This document shows positions 39,108-49,285 of a stretch of DNA of 64,000 bases, piece by piece. Numbering within the stretch: position 1 is the first letter of the stretch; each line of letters opens with the position of its first letter. The translations under genes and the position numbers were made by a program. Source of the DNA: Patescibacteria group bacterium (GTDB taxonomy: Bacteria; Patescibacteriota; JABMPQ01; JAQVVF01); NCBI GenBank assembly GCA_028699085.1, contig JAQVVF010000002.1, positions 132,557-196,556 of the forward strand, written 5' to 3'. Under the pieces are notes generated by a model. The model was not told the origin of the DNA. It searched no databases and saw nothing but the letters and a program-made list of their open reading frames with translations.

Positions 39108-41885
39108 TTAGAATCTTCCAACAACAAATTCTTTGCTATCCAGCGTAAAATTATTACTAATAACAGGTACAGAACTTTGTCCTTTATAACTCCAAGCCTT
39201 AATCGCTGAACTTCCAGACGAAGCAGTAACAATTTCATCATATCCATCATTGTTAATATCTCCGATAGCTAACCTTATATTACTATTATAATTGCCGTAC
39301 GGTAAAAAACCAGAGCTTTTATATTTTTTTTTGCCTTTTTTTGTGAATATCTTTATCTCTTTGTTTGCAGAGCTTGGAATAGCTACAATTTCATCCTTGC
39401 CATCAAAATCTAAATCTCCGCTATCTAATCTAACTCCATTTTTGCTCGAATAAGCTTTCCAGCCTTTGGTCTTAAAAGTTTTTACAAAATCATTTCCTGA
39501 TAATTTATAAGTATAAACTTTAGCTGTATCTTTTTCTTGGCCAACAATAATTTCATCATAATTATCTCCATCTAAATCGCCAACAGCCACAGAAACGCCA
39601 ACTGCCTTTTTAAATGGCTTGAATCCTTTTTTCTTGAATTTAGATTTCCCAGCTTTGTTAAAAACTTTGACTCTCGATTTGCATGGAGATCCTTGACTTG
39701 CAATTATTTCATCATTTCCATCCATATTTAAATCTCCTGAAGCAACATTAATTCCACAATTAGAATTAGAACTTCCAAAAGGATAAAATTCTTTATATAA
39801 TTTAATACCATTTTTATCAGTCACATAAATTACCGACCTTTGTCCTTTTTTTGCACCAACAATTATTTCATCTAATCCATCTTTGTTTACATCTCCAGTT
39901 GTTGCATAATTATTAGATTTAACGCTCACTAAAGAATTATTTTTTGGTACAATCACAACGGGTACGCCAGATGAATAATTGCCTGCGGTATCATAAGTAT
40001 ATATTTTATAATAATATTTTTTATTTTGATTTAAGTTATCATCAGTAAAGCTAGTTTTCTTTTTTTTCATTACTTTCTTGCCATTGGAATAGCTCGTTGG
40101 AAAAGACTTCTTTTTTCTCATTATCTTCACTTTTTTAAAATCCCATGCAGTTGGATTTTTCCATTTAAAATAAATACTTCCATTTTTTACTATCTGTCTT
40201 AAATTAGAAATATTATCAGGAGCAGAATCAATTACTGTAAAAGCATTTGTTGCTGAAGTTGTCTTACCATTTGAAGTCACAGAAATATCATAAGTCCCAG
40301 CTGAAATATGCTTTGGAACTGTTGCTGTTATTGTTGTACCATTTACAACATTTACATTAGTCATTGCTGTTGAACCAATAGCCATCGTCGCGCCAGCAAC
40401 AAAATTAGTTCCAGTTATTGTTATATTTTCATTGCTAGAATTATCCGCTGAAGATACTGATAAAGATTTAACTGTTGGAAATGTGAATGCATTAGCAGCA
40501 TTCAAAAGTCCATGGCCATATTCTGTATCATATCCGGAAGTGCCTAAATCAGTAGCAGAATTATCAACTATTGATCTTATATTATTTGCTGGAACATTAT
40601 TTGCCATCAATAATGCCGCTGTTCCCGCAACATGCGGTGTTGCTTGCGATGTCCCATTAATTGGCCAAGTTGTAAAAGATCCATAACCTGTATAATAATC
40701 AGGCTCAAAAAATGATGCAAAACTTTGCTGAACAACTCCATCTCCAGAGCATAATCTTGTATCTGCAACTCCATAAGCCAACCAAACTGCAGTCACACAA
40801 TCTGATAAAGTAGCATAATTGCTCAATCCCCATCCATAAAAACCATTATAATAGCCTTCATCAGTCTGACCTCCAGGAGCAACTAAATCCAAACCAGTAC
40901 CATAATTTGAAAAAGTAGATCGCAAATTGTTATGATATCTTGTTGAACCAACTGAAATTACTTGAGACAATCTTGCAGGATAATCCAATTCCGGATCTCC
41001 AATACCATCTCCCCCGCCATTGCCTGCAGCAGCAACCATTATTACTCCAGAATTGGAAGCATCAGTTACAGCATCCGCAATAGTTTGAGAATAGCTTGTT
41101 CCTCCTAAACTCATATTAATTATTTTCGCTCCATTATTTTTTGCGTATGTAATTCCAGATGCAATCCAATCATTTTGTCCACTGCCCTCGCTATTCAAAA
41201 CTTTTACTGGCATTATTGTTGAATTAAAAGCAACCCCTGATCCAGCAACACTATTATCAGTACTTTCTGCAATCGTACTCGCAACATGAGTTCCATGACC
41301 TTGATCATCATTTGGATGCGCATCATTATTCACAAAATCATAGCCAGTTGCAAATGCCGGATAACTGCCAGTGAAATCAGTTGCCTTAGAATAAATATCC
41401 CAATTTTCATATGCAACTCCAGTATCAACAACTGCAACAATAATTGAGGGATCTCCTCCATACAACGGCGTCGTTGTATCATAATCCCAAGCACTGCTCA
41501 ATCCAATCGTTGCAAAATGCCATTGATTAGTATAAAGCGGATCATTTGGAGTAAATGACGCATGATAAATATAATTCGGCTCTGCATATTCTACTTCTGG
41601 TCTTAATTTTTTATTATTATAATATTCAACTGCCTGATCAACAGTCGCAGTTGTCGGCAATTCCAAAACTGTAAAATTGGCAGATTCATCAGTTCGAACA
41701 ACAGTTGAATTAAAACCATTTGCTATTTTTCCAATAGTTTCCGCAGTTGTCGCCACATTTTGTTTTAACTTTACAATAATTTGATTAGGCACATATTCAT
41801 CTGTTGCCAAAGAAAAATTAGAAGCAAAAAAAACACCAGATATTATCAATACAGAAGATAATAATAATTTCATTGTTTTTTTCAT
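39108..41885 (-). CDS. secreted S8 subtilisin-like protease fused to IPT/TIG-like and FG-GAP (integrin-alpha-like) repeat domains
   Basis: VAVVDTGVAYEN, HGTHVASTIA, GTSQATPHVAGTAALL; TIG-like ITITGTNFVAGATM...; repeated DxDGxDEI(I/V) FG-GAP motifs (DGLDEIIVG, NMDGNDEIIAS, DLDGDNYDEIIVG, DFDGKDEIVAI, NNDGYDEIVTA); 925 aa. Confidence 0.85.
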   Translation of the reverse strand: MKKTMKLLLSSVLIISGVFFASNFSLATDEYVPNQIIVKLKQNVATTAETIGKIANGFNSTVVRTDESANFTVLELPTTATVDQAVEYYNNKKLRPEVEYAEPNYIYHASFTPNDPLYTNQWHFATIGLSSAWDYDTTTPLYGGDPSIIVAVVDTGVAYENWDIYSKATDFTGSYPAFATGYDFVNNDAHPNDDQGHGTHVASTIAESTDNSVAGSGVAFNSTIMPVKVLNSEGSGQNDWIASGITYAKNNGAKIINMSLGGTSYSQTIADAVTDASNSGVIMVAAAGNGGGDGIGDPELDYPARLSQVISVGSTRYHNNLRSTFSNYGTGLDLVAPGGQTDEGYYNGFYGWGLSNYATLSDCVTAVWLAYGVADTRLCSGDGVVQQSFASFFEPDYYTGYGSFTTWPINGTSQATPHVAGTAALLMANNVPANNIRSIVDNSATDLGTSGYDTEYGHGLLNAANAFTFPTVKSLSVSSADNSSNENITITGTNFVAGATMAIGSTAMTNVNVVNGTTITATVPKHISAGTYDISVTSNGKTTSATNAFTVIDSAPDNISNLRQIVKNGSIYFKWKNPTAWDFKKVKIMRKKKSFPTSYSNGKKVMKKKKTSFTDDNLNQNKKYYYKIYTYDTAGNYSSGVPVVIVPKNNSLVSVKSNNYATTGDVNKDGLDEIIVGAKKGQRSVIYVTDKNGIKLYKEFYPFGSSNSNCGINVASGDLNMDGNDEIIASQGSPCKSRVKVFNKAGKSKFKKKGFKPFKKAVGVSVAVGDLDGDNYDEIIVGQEKDTAKVYTYKLSGNDFVKTFKTKGWKAYSSKNGVRLDSGDLDFDGKDEIVAIPSSANKEIKIFTKKGKKKYKSSGFLPYGNYNSNIRLAIGDINNDGYDEIVTASSGSSAIKAWSYKGQSSVPVISNNFTLDSKEFVVGRF

Positions 41886-41968
41886 ATATTTTAAATAATT
41901 AGCAATTTAACAATAAAATATAACTAATCTAACTTATCTAACCAATCTAACTTATTAACTCGTTTTTA

Positions 41969-42442
41969 TTAATATAATCCAGCTTCATGCAAAGTTGAAA
42001 TATAAGTTTCCAAATATCCTTTTAAAGTCACAACACCATTATTTTTCTTTACAACCTGAAAAACAACTGCCTGCGGATAGACACTACAAGTCGGGACCTT
42101 TCTAGCAATAATCACGCCTCTTTTTTTTGCCTTAACAGTAGTAAAATAGCTATTCCATTGATCTTCTGTCAAAATCTTTTTCTGTAATACTAAATAATCA
42201 GTTTGCTTAATTTCTGTTTTCAAAATACTTTTTGGATAATAATGACCTTCTGACATAAAAGTACCAATCAAATATCCAGTTGATCTTGAATTTGCATAAT
42301 TATCAACTAATCTGCTATAGCGAGCTTGATTCAAATAATCGCCAATTCCGTTCAGATGATTTTTGAAAGTCCTTGCATCAGCATAATTTGTTGTAACAAA
42401 AAACAAACAAAACATAATGCTTGAGAAAACAATTTTTTTCAT
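41969..42442 (-). CDS. hypothetical secreted protein
   Basis: Signal peptide MKKIVFSSIMFCLFFVTTNYADA; no recognisable domain. Confidence 0.4.
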   Translation of the reverse strand: MKKIVFSSIMFCLFFVTTNYADARTFKNHLNGIGDYLNQARYSRLVDNYANSRSTGYLIGTFMSEGHYYPKSILKTEIKQTDYLVLQKKILTEDQWNSYFTTVKAKKRGVIIARKVPTCSVYPQAVVFQVVKKNNGVVTLKGYLETYISTLHEAGLY

Positions 42443-42544
42443 TTTTTTAATTTATTTTTTATACCCTTTTATCTTTTATTTATTATAACATTAATAAGAT
42501 AAAAGTTATCAACAAAAATATTAACCTTATAAAGAATATTTCAT

Positions 42545-45500
42545 CTACAATTGAAACGCATCCTTATCCGCAATCACAAATTTTGCTTTAGAAAGCGAAG
42601 TAAAATGATAGATTGGCGCAAAGTTTTGATTGCTACCTTTCTTGGTTTTAGCAATCGATGTTGGTCTTAGATAATAGTTTCTGATTTTGAATTTTAGGAT
42701 ATTCTTTTCTTTGTTTTGGTAAATAGTGAAAGGTCCGCGCCATTTGTTATCTCTATCTTTGATAAAAAGACGGAGATTCTTTTCTTTAAGTTTGTTTTTC
42801 TTTAGCTTTTTTGTTTTGTAGTGGAAAGTGATTTTGAAAGTAGTTTTACGGATATTCTTGATGTTTGATTTTAGAATAAGGTAAGAAGGATAAAGTTTTT
42901 TCTTGATAAAATGACGGGAAGAATATTTTTTGTTTTTGCGAATTAATGTTAGATAAAGACCAGTAGAATTAGATGGCTTTTCATAGAAATAGACTTTGAT
43001 GTCTTGTCCTAGATCTTGATATGTTCTCAACAAATTAGTTTGCTCTAAATTTAATGTTTGATTAAAATCAGTTGCCATAGAATTCAAGGCTGTAAAAGTT
43101 GTTGCTTCAGGTTGGCTGATCATTGTATTGCCAGCTAGATCTTTCGCATTTCTGACTGATATGTATCCAGAAGTGTTAGTATAGGAGCTATCCAAAACAA
43201 TATTTCCAGTCCATGTCTTTCCTGAATATGATGTTTGGACTACTCCATAGTTTTCAGTTCTCAATCCTGTAATTTCAACAACTGGCAATGCTGTTGTTAA
43301 CATGTTTTCTGAAAATACAATTGTTACTGTGACTAAACCAGCTTGAGCTGGATTTGGAGTATACGAAATTGAAGAAATAGTCGGTAGAATGCTTTCAACT
43401 TGAAATGTCGAAGCAGTCAGATCAGGCAACATTGTATTTCCAGCAATATCTTTAGCGCCTGTTACAGAAATCGTTGCTGTTGCATCTTCATTGTCAGGAT
43501 TTAAAGTAAAAGTGCCGTACCAAATAGCAGAGCCATAAATATTCTGGCTGACTGTGTAAGAATTGGTTAAGCCATTTATCGTTACTGTCGGTGTGACAGT
43601 TGTATCCATGGCTTGCGAAAAGTAAAGAATGACTCCTACTGTTCCAGGAATAGCTGGATTAGGATTAACAATGATTGAAGTAAGATATGGCGCAATAGTG
43701 TTGACTTCAAAAGTGCCAGCTGACAAATCAGCTAACATTGTATTGCCAGCTAGATCTTTTGCATCTGCAACCGAAATTACTGCAGTCTCAATTTCATCAT
43801 CATCAAGCAAAGCAAAAGTGCCAGTCCACAAATTACCATAGCTAGTTTGAGCTACAAGATATGGACTGCTAACCAAGCCTGTGATATTGACTGTTGGTGA
43901 GACAGTTGTATCCATTGTTTCCGAGAATACCAAGCTAACTGTTACATTTCCAGGCTTGGCTGGATTTGGAACAGCTATCGCTGATGTGACTGTTGGTTTT
44001 GTTTCATCAAGAATGATTGTACTGGAAATGCCAGTGCTTTCTGAAAGCAACTTGTCTCTGTATTTGACATAGACTGTCTTTGTCCCATCTCCTGACGATA
44101 ATGTAAAGTTCTTTGATGTAGCATAAGTTTCCCAACTAGCGCCAACAAAAGTCGCGCTTTCTGAAACCATCATCTGATATGCATCAGACGATGCTGATAA
44201 ATTCAAAGTAACAGCTGTTGTATTTGTATAACTTGCTCCAGAATTAATTGCAATTGACGTGGAAGTCGGGGCGGAGCCGAAGATGTGATAAACTACACTA
44301 GAATAAAATGGCGGGATAGAAGTACTACTATAGCCAACCATATGAACATTATCATCATTATCTAAAGCTAAGCTGGGATATTGACCAAAATAACTTATCT
44401 CATTTACTGCCTGCACAACCCATGAATTTTCTTTATAGGCAAAATTTAAAAAATTAGTTGCACTGTTATAGTAGGAGATATTTGGAATGTTTGAACTATT
44501 TAATTTTAAGGTAATGTAACTGCCATAGCTAGCATTAGCATCAACAAATTCTGTATGCCAGCCATCAATATTTTTGTAAGCATATTTCACTTTAAAATTA
44601 GTAGCATCATAATACGCAATATGCGGATAATTGGAACTGTCTAAATCAAGAGAGTTATATTCACCAACACTGCCACTAGAATCAGCAATTTCTGTATGCC
44701 AACCAGTGCCATCTTTGTAAGCATACATTAAATTAGTATTAGTATAATCATAATAGCTGACACAAGGATAATTATTAGAATTGATCTTAATTGAAGATTG
44801 CATGTTATAACCATAATAACCGCCAATACTACCAATAGTTTCTGTATGCCAGCCAGCCCCATCTTTATAAGCATGTTTGACTTGACCTGAAGTACTATAA
44901 TAATAACTGATGTGCGGATAGTTATTCTGATCTATTGCAATCGAGCTAAAATACCCAGTATCATTTACTGAATCAACTGTTTCTAAATGCCAGCCTGAAG
45001 CATCTTGATAAGCATATTTAAGATCATTAACACCTGTATAATGATAACTAATATGCGCGTAATTATTCTGATCTATTGCAATATCTGTCCCGTATGGAGT
45101 ACTAGAAGTATTATCCAACAAAGTTGTATTCCATCGATCATCATCCATATATCCATAACCAACAAAACTCATTCCAGAAGAACTAATACGCACCTCGTCG
45201 TTATTATCAATAATAACTTTGTTAGCATAGTTAAAATATTTAAGCTGATTGCTATTCCAAGCTCCGTTATAGTATGCGCGATAGATATTTGAGCTATATG
45301 TATACCCTATTTGCGGTAAATCAGTGGAAGTCAAATCAATTGACGTCCTACTCGAATTGCAATTAGTATTTACAATCGTTGGATTCCAAGCCCCACTATC
45401 TTTATACGTGTACTTTAAATCTGCATTAGTATTATCATAATAGCTAATATGCGGTCGATTACTATTGTCAGTCACAATAGAAGTATATTGACCAATATTA

Positions 45501-46366
45501 GCGCTACTAGAATCAACTGTTTCTGTTGCCCAAACCCCGCTATCTTTTAAAGCATATTTAAGATCATAATTTGTGCCATCATAATAGCTAATATGAGGTC
45601 GATTTAATAAATCAATTGCAATTGAGCTAAGTGTCCCAACAGAGCCCACAGAATCAACAGTCTCTTTGTGCCAACCATTGATATCTTGATAGGCATATTC
45701 AAGATCATAATTTGTATTATCATAATAGCTAATATGAGCATAGTTAAGATTATCTAGAACTATAGAAGGATGATAGGCGTTAACCGTATTATCAAGAGTC
45801 TGAGTATGCCAGCCATTAATATCTTTATAGGCATACATTAAATAGTATTGATAAGAAAGAGGTATATAATATTTAGTATAAGCAATATGCGGATAACCAT
45901 TGCTGTCAATAGCAATCGAATTATACCTAACATTAGCATTATCAAGATCAACAATCTCACTATGCCAGCCAGATATATCTTGATATGCATAATGAAGATA
46001 ATAGCTCGTTGTATCTATATAGCTGATGTGCGGATAACCATTGCTATCAAGATCCAAAGAATGGCCATAAGTATCACTAATAACATCATAGCTTGCATCA
46101 GGATCAATTGTTTCAAAATATAGCTGGCCATTAACATCTAAAGTTCCATACTTTATTTTTTTTAAATAATAATCATAGCAAGCAATGCTATAACGATCAT
46201 TGCTTTTATTAATCTTCAAAACCGGATTATAACAAACATTACTTGTCCCATCAACCTTCTCCATCGTCAACGCCATCGCCTTATTACAATCCAAACCAAA
46301 AAAGACAGCAAATAGGCTTATGCTGATAAGACAAAAAAATGAAAAAATTATGATTTTTTTAATCAT
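42545..46366 (-). CDS. giant repeat-rich cell-surface protein (N-terminal anchor, >=12 tandem ~45-aa repeats, four ~95-aa Ig-like repeats, Lys-rich tail)
   Basis: Repeats of form S(I)AID.NNYPHISYYD.TNYDLKYAYKD..GWHTETVDS; central SESATFVGASWETY...GDGTKTVYVKYRD; four repeats each ending AKDLAGNTM; basic C-terminus. Confidence 0.7.
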   Translation of the reverse strand: MIKKIIIFSFFCLISISLFAVFFGLDCNKAMALTMEKVDGTSNVCYNPVLKINKSNDRYSIACYDYYLKKIKYGTLDVNGQLYFETIDPDASYDVISDTYGHSLDLDSNGYPHISYIDTTSYYLHYAYQDISGWHSEIVDLDNANVRYNSIAIDSNGYPHIAYTKYYIPLSYQYYLMYAYKDINGWHTQTLDNTVNAYHPSIVLDNLNYAHISYYDNTNYDLEYAYQDINGWHKETVDSVGSVGTLSSIAIDLLNRPHISYYDGTNYDLKYALKDSGVWATETVDSSSANIGQYTSIVTDNSNRPHISYYDNTNADLKYTYKDSGAWNPTIVNTNCNSSRTSIDLTSTDLPQIGYTYSSNIYRAYYNGAWNSNQLKYFNYANKVIIDNNDEVRISSSGMSFVGYGYMDDDRWNTTLLDNTSSTPYGTDIAIDQNNYAHISYHYTGVNDLKYAYQDASGWHLETVDSVNDTGYFSSIAIDQNNYPHISYYYSTSGQVKHAYKDGAGWHTETIGSIGGYYGYNMQSSIKINSNNYPCVSYYDYTNTNLMYAYKDGTGWHTEIADSSGSVGEYNSLDLDSSNYPHIAYYDATNFKVKYAYKNIDGWHTEFVDANASYGSYITLKLNSSNIPNISYYNSATNFLNFAYKENSWVVQAVNEISYFGQYPSLALDNDDNVHMVGYSSTSIPPFYSSVVYHIFGSAPTSTSIAINSGASYTNTTAVTLNLSASSDAYQMMVSESATFVGASWETYATSKNFTLSSGDGTKTVYVKYRDKLLSESTGISSTIILDETKPTVTSAIAVPNPAKPGNVTVSLVFSETMDTTVSPTVNITGLVSSPYLVAQTSYGNLWTGTFALLDDDEIETAVISVADAKDLAGNTMLADLSAGTFEVNTIAPYLTSIIVNPNPAIPGTVGVILYFSQAMDTTVTPTVTINGLTNSYTVSQNIYGSAIWYGTFTLNPDNEDATATISVTGAKDIAGNTMLPDLTASTFQVESILPTISSISYTPNPAQAGLVTVTIVFSENMLTTALPVVEITGLRTENYGVVQTSYSGKTWTGNIVLDSSYTNTSGYISVRNAKDLAGNTMISQPEATTFTALNSMATDFNQTLNLEQTNLLRTYQDLGQDIKVYFYEKPSNSTGLYLTLIRKNKKYSSRHFIKKKLYPSYLILKSNIKNIRKTTFKITFHYKTKKLKKNKLKEKNLRLFIKDRDNKWRGPFTIYQNKEKNILKFKIRNYYLRPTSIAKTKKGSNQNFAPIYHFTSLSKAKFVIADKDAFQL

Positions 46367-46520
46367 CTTGCTTTTTGTTTTTTTATTCGTCCAAAATATT
46401 ACAAATCATGCCTACAAAAACATAGAGGTTGACTTGTTCCCTATTTGTTTTATTATACCATTTTTTTAACAAAAGATATCAACAAAAAAAGCTAACATTA
46501 TTTGTTAGCTCTATAAACTA

Positions 46521-46616
46521 GGAGGCTCAGCCTTTTACTTAAACGATATAGTCATTTTCTTAAATTAGTCACAATTTAAAACATTGCGCTTTCTTTTTAA
46601 TAAAAGGCTGAGCCTC
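46521..46616 (+). repeat. 16-nt perfect inverted repeat GAGGCTCAGCCTTTTA / TAAAAGGCTGAGCCTC separated by 63 nt
   Basis: Arms 46522-46537 and 46601-46616; lies in the intergenic region between the M23 peptidase gene end and the giant surface protein gene start. Confidence 0.5.
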
Positions 46617-46726
46617 TTGTTGAGCTTTCTTGCTTAAAAGTTATTATCAACATAATAAAAAAGACTAACCTATAAAGATTAGCCATAAAGTGCATTCGTT
46701 TTTTTACTTTTTAATTTTTTATTTTT

Positions 46727-48523
46727 TTATGGTTGCCAAACATAACATTCAATTCCTTCATTTCGATAACCTAAATTAGAAATTGCATTATCTCTTTCAT
46801 CACGACTTATCGTATACAAATGGTCAGTAGTCGCATTATTATATAGTCTAAACAAAGGCTTAGATCCAGATATTTCTTGTCTTGCGCAAAAACCAATATC
46901 GCCTTTTTGTTCATAATTATTAGCAGAATCTCTTTCATCTGTTGAAATTGTATAAAAATGATCTCTCGGATTTTCTCTTTTTAATTTCCACAATTTGACT
47001 AATCTGCCATCAACTCGCTCTCGATAGGTTTTAAATTGTTCACCTTCAAATCTATAGCCATCAACTCCATCATTTTCTAGTCTTAATAAATGCGCTATAT
47101 CTCCATTACTATTATAGTAATATCTAAAAACTTGTTGCTTGCAATGCGCTCCGTCATCAATTAATCCATTGCAATCATTATCTTTTAGATCACAATTTTC
47201 AAGACTTCGACCACTTGGAACACAATCAGTCAAACTCGCCCAAAGACATGTTGGTCCGCAAGTCCTCGTTGCTCTGCCAACTCTGCACTCTCCTATATTA
47301 TATTGGCATTCAAATTCTTCAACTTGGTTTGGCGCGCACACTCCTTGCTCCTCACAAACATTCCAACTCTGCCAAAGACAATTTATCCCACATTCCCGCC
47401 TCATTCTGCCACAATGCCCGCATGGCTCAACTTGGAATTGTAATGACTCACATTCAAGTCCAACTAACAATCCGCATTGACTCCATTCAGTCCAGCGCAA
47501 TCTATCGTTGCAATGCCTGATCTGTTCACCGCAAAAATCGCATAGCTTTTTTTCAATCTGTCCAAGCTGGCATTCTGCAATATTTCTGACAATAATTCTA
47601 AAATGCATTTCTGCCCAATCATTCAAAAATCCAGCAGACTTATGCCAAATTCTAAAATACACTTTATATTCATGATTTAATTCAACATTATTTCTTGCTT
47701 TTACTTTGAATCTAAACCAAGCAATTTCATTAGAAGCAACTCTAGCAGTTGTCTGGCTAGTTACTCGTTCACAATTATTTCCCAGCCAAGAGTTATGACA
47801 CAACAGACTTTCTGTTATATCGCCATCGCGATTTACAGATCTTAATTCAACATAATTATTATTTTCTCTATCATTGCTCCAAAAATTTGATCCAGTATTT
47901 TTAAAAGCAACAATAAATTCTTTTTCCTCACCTTGATCAAATTCAATCAAGCCATCAGGACTTTGCCGATAATATTCGCAAGAATATCTAGGCTGACCAA
48001 AATTTCCAGAAGTTAAAATAATGCCATTAAAAATATTATGCCCTTCAATTGGCGATGGTTCGACTGACACGCCATTTTGAAATAAACAAAAATGCAAATG
48101 CGATCCAGTAGAAAAAGGCATGCCTGGAGTATTATCACATTTTCCAATTACATCGCCATGCAGAACTCTTTGACCAAAAGCAACAGCAGGCTGTTCCAAT
48201 AAATGCGCATACAAAGTTTGGGTATTGTTGGCATGATTAATTTTTACCATCCAACCATAGCCGTCATTAAAAAATGCTTGAGATACAACTCCATCAGCAA
48301 CTGCCAGAATATCTTGCCCCATATCATCAAAATCGATTGCATTTGCATCAACACAAAAATGGCTCAACCCGACATGATAACCCTCGCCATAATAATTACC
48401 ACTGCCACCAATTTGCCAACGCTGTCCTGCTCTCCACGGCGCATATAATTCAATAGGAGCAGCAAAAGAATTAAAACTAAACAATGAAGCAACAAAACAA
48501 AAAAGCAAATTCTTAATGTTCAT
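46727..48523 (-). CDS. secreted M23 (LytM-type) metallopeptidase with Cys-rich middle region and C-terminal YTIS..ERD repeats
   Basis: HVGLSHFCVDANAID and TGSHLHF (M23 HxxxD / HxH); >30 Cys in the middle region; C-terminal duplicated DHFYTISTDERD / DHLYTISRDERD; start refined to MNIKNLLF (48523); apparently higher GC than surroundings. Confidence 0.7.
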   Translation of the reverse strand: MNIKNLLFCFVASLFSFNSFAAPIELYAPWRAGQRWQIGGSGNYYGEGYHVGLSHFCVDANAIDFDDMGQDILAVADGVVSQAFFNDGYGWMVKINHANNTQTLYAHLLEQPAVAFGQRVLHGDVIGKCDNTPGMPFSTGSHLHFCLFQNGVSVEPSPIEGHNIFNGIILTSGNFGQPRYSCEYYRQSPDGLIEFDQGEEKEFIVAFKNTGSNFWSNDRENNNYVELRSVNRDGDITESLLCHNSWLGNNCERVTSQTTARVASNEIAWFRFKVKARNNVELNHEYKVYFRIWHKSAGFLNDWAEMHFRIIVRNIAECQLGQIEKKLCDFCGEQIRHCNDRLRWTEWSQCGLLVGLECESLQFQVEPCGHCGRMRRECGINCLWQSWNVCEEQGVCAPNQVEEFECQYNIGECRVGRATRTCGPTCLWASLTDCVPSGRSLENCDLKDNDCNGLIDDGAHCKQQVFRYYYNSNGDIAHLLRLENDGVDGYRFEGEQFKTYRERVDGRLVKLWKLKRENPRDHFYTISTDERDSANNYEQKGDIGFCARQEISGSKPLFRLYNNATTDHLYTISRDERDNAISNLGYRNEGIECYVWQP

Positions 48524-49175
48524 TTTCTTCCTCCTGAAATTCAAAGCTCTCCATCATCTCTTCAAACTCTGATAAAAATACTGTATCTCTTTCTAATACA
48601 GTTGCAGAAAAAAAATAAATCTTATCATTCCTTGCAAAATAATAATCCTCAATATATCCAGACATCCATTCGCCTTGATAATCTTCAGGAATTTCTCTGC
48701 AATCAAATAATATTCTCAAACTCTCATTGCTTATTTCATAATCTAACAGTACTCCTCTAAAATTAGGTCGCTTCGAAATTGCAAAATTCCACAAATCAAG
48801 ATTATCAGAATTATCATAATTTAAACCTTCCACTAAAATCTCATTTTCTTTTGGATGGTACAATTCATCAAAATCAAAATTGCCCATCATCAAAACAAGT
48901 CCAGAATCTATTTCACCTGTTTCCAAAAAATTCCAAGTATTTGGATATAACATTCTAAAACCCAATTCATAATTTTGATAATCAATCTTGCGTGAATCTC
49001 TAGGCTTTTTTTCATCAAAGTTATCATCATTAGAATTTGACTCTTCTTCTTTTACCTCGCTTGTATCATTGCTTCTTAATTCAATCTCTGGAATCATTCC
49101 GATATTATCATTGCTATCTACACAACCAAAAAACAAAAAACTTAGCCAAATAAAAAACCCTCCCTTTATTTTCAT
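48513..49175 (-). CDS. hypothetical acidic lipoprotein
   Basis: MKIKGGFFIWLSFLFFGC lipobox; Asp/Glu-rich mature protein. Confidence 0.4.
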   Translation of the reverse strand: MKIKGGFFIWLSFLFFGCVDSNDNIGMIPEIELRSNDTSEVKEEESNSNDDNFDEKKPRDSRKIDYQNYELGFRMLYPNTWNFLETGEIDSGLVLMMGNFDFDELYHPKENEILVEGLNYDNSDNLDLWNFAISKRPNFRGVLLDYEISNESLRILFDCREIPEDYQGEWMSGYIEDYYFARNDKIYFFSATVLERDTVFLSEFEEMMESFEFQEEENEH

Positions 49176-49285
49176 TCTTGCCTCCTTTGTTCGCCAAAGC
49201 TAAAGCTTTGGCAAACTATTGTGAAAAGATCAAGAATTTTCCCTCCAAACATATTATAATACATTTGAATAAATATTTAATATTT

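Noticed and set aside
49178-49285. N-terminal extension of the sortase ORF (MPPLFAKAKALANYCEKIKNFPSK...)
   Set aside because: Contains a TATAAT promoter-like sequence, and the downstream Met (49286) begins a classical TM anchor, so the extension is probably untranslated. Similar extensions were trimmed for rpmI (35776), the deacetylase (53192), smpB (34074), the M23 peptidase (48544) and the FAD oxidoreductase (13944).
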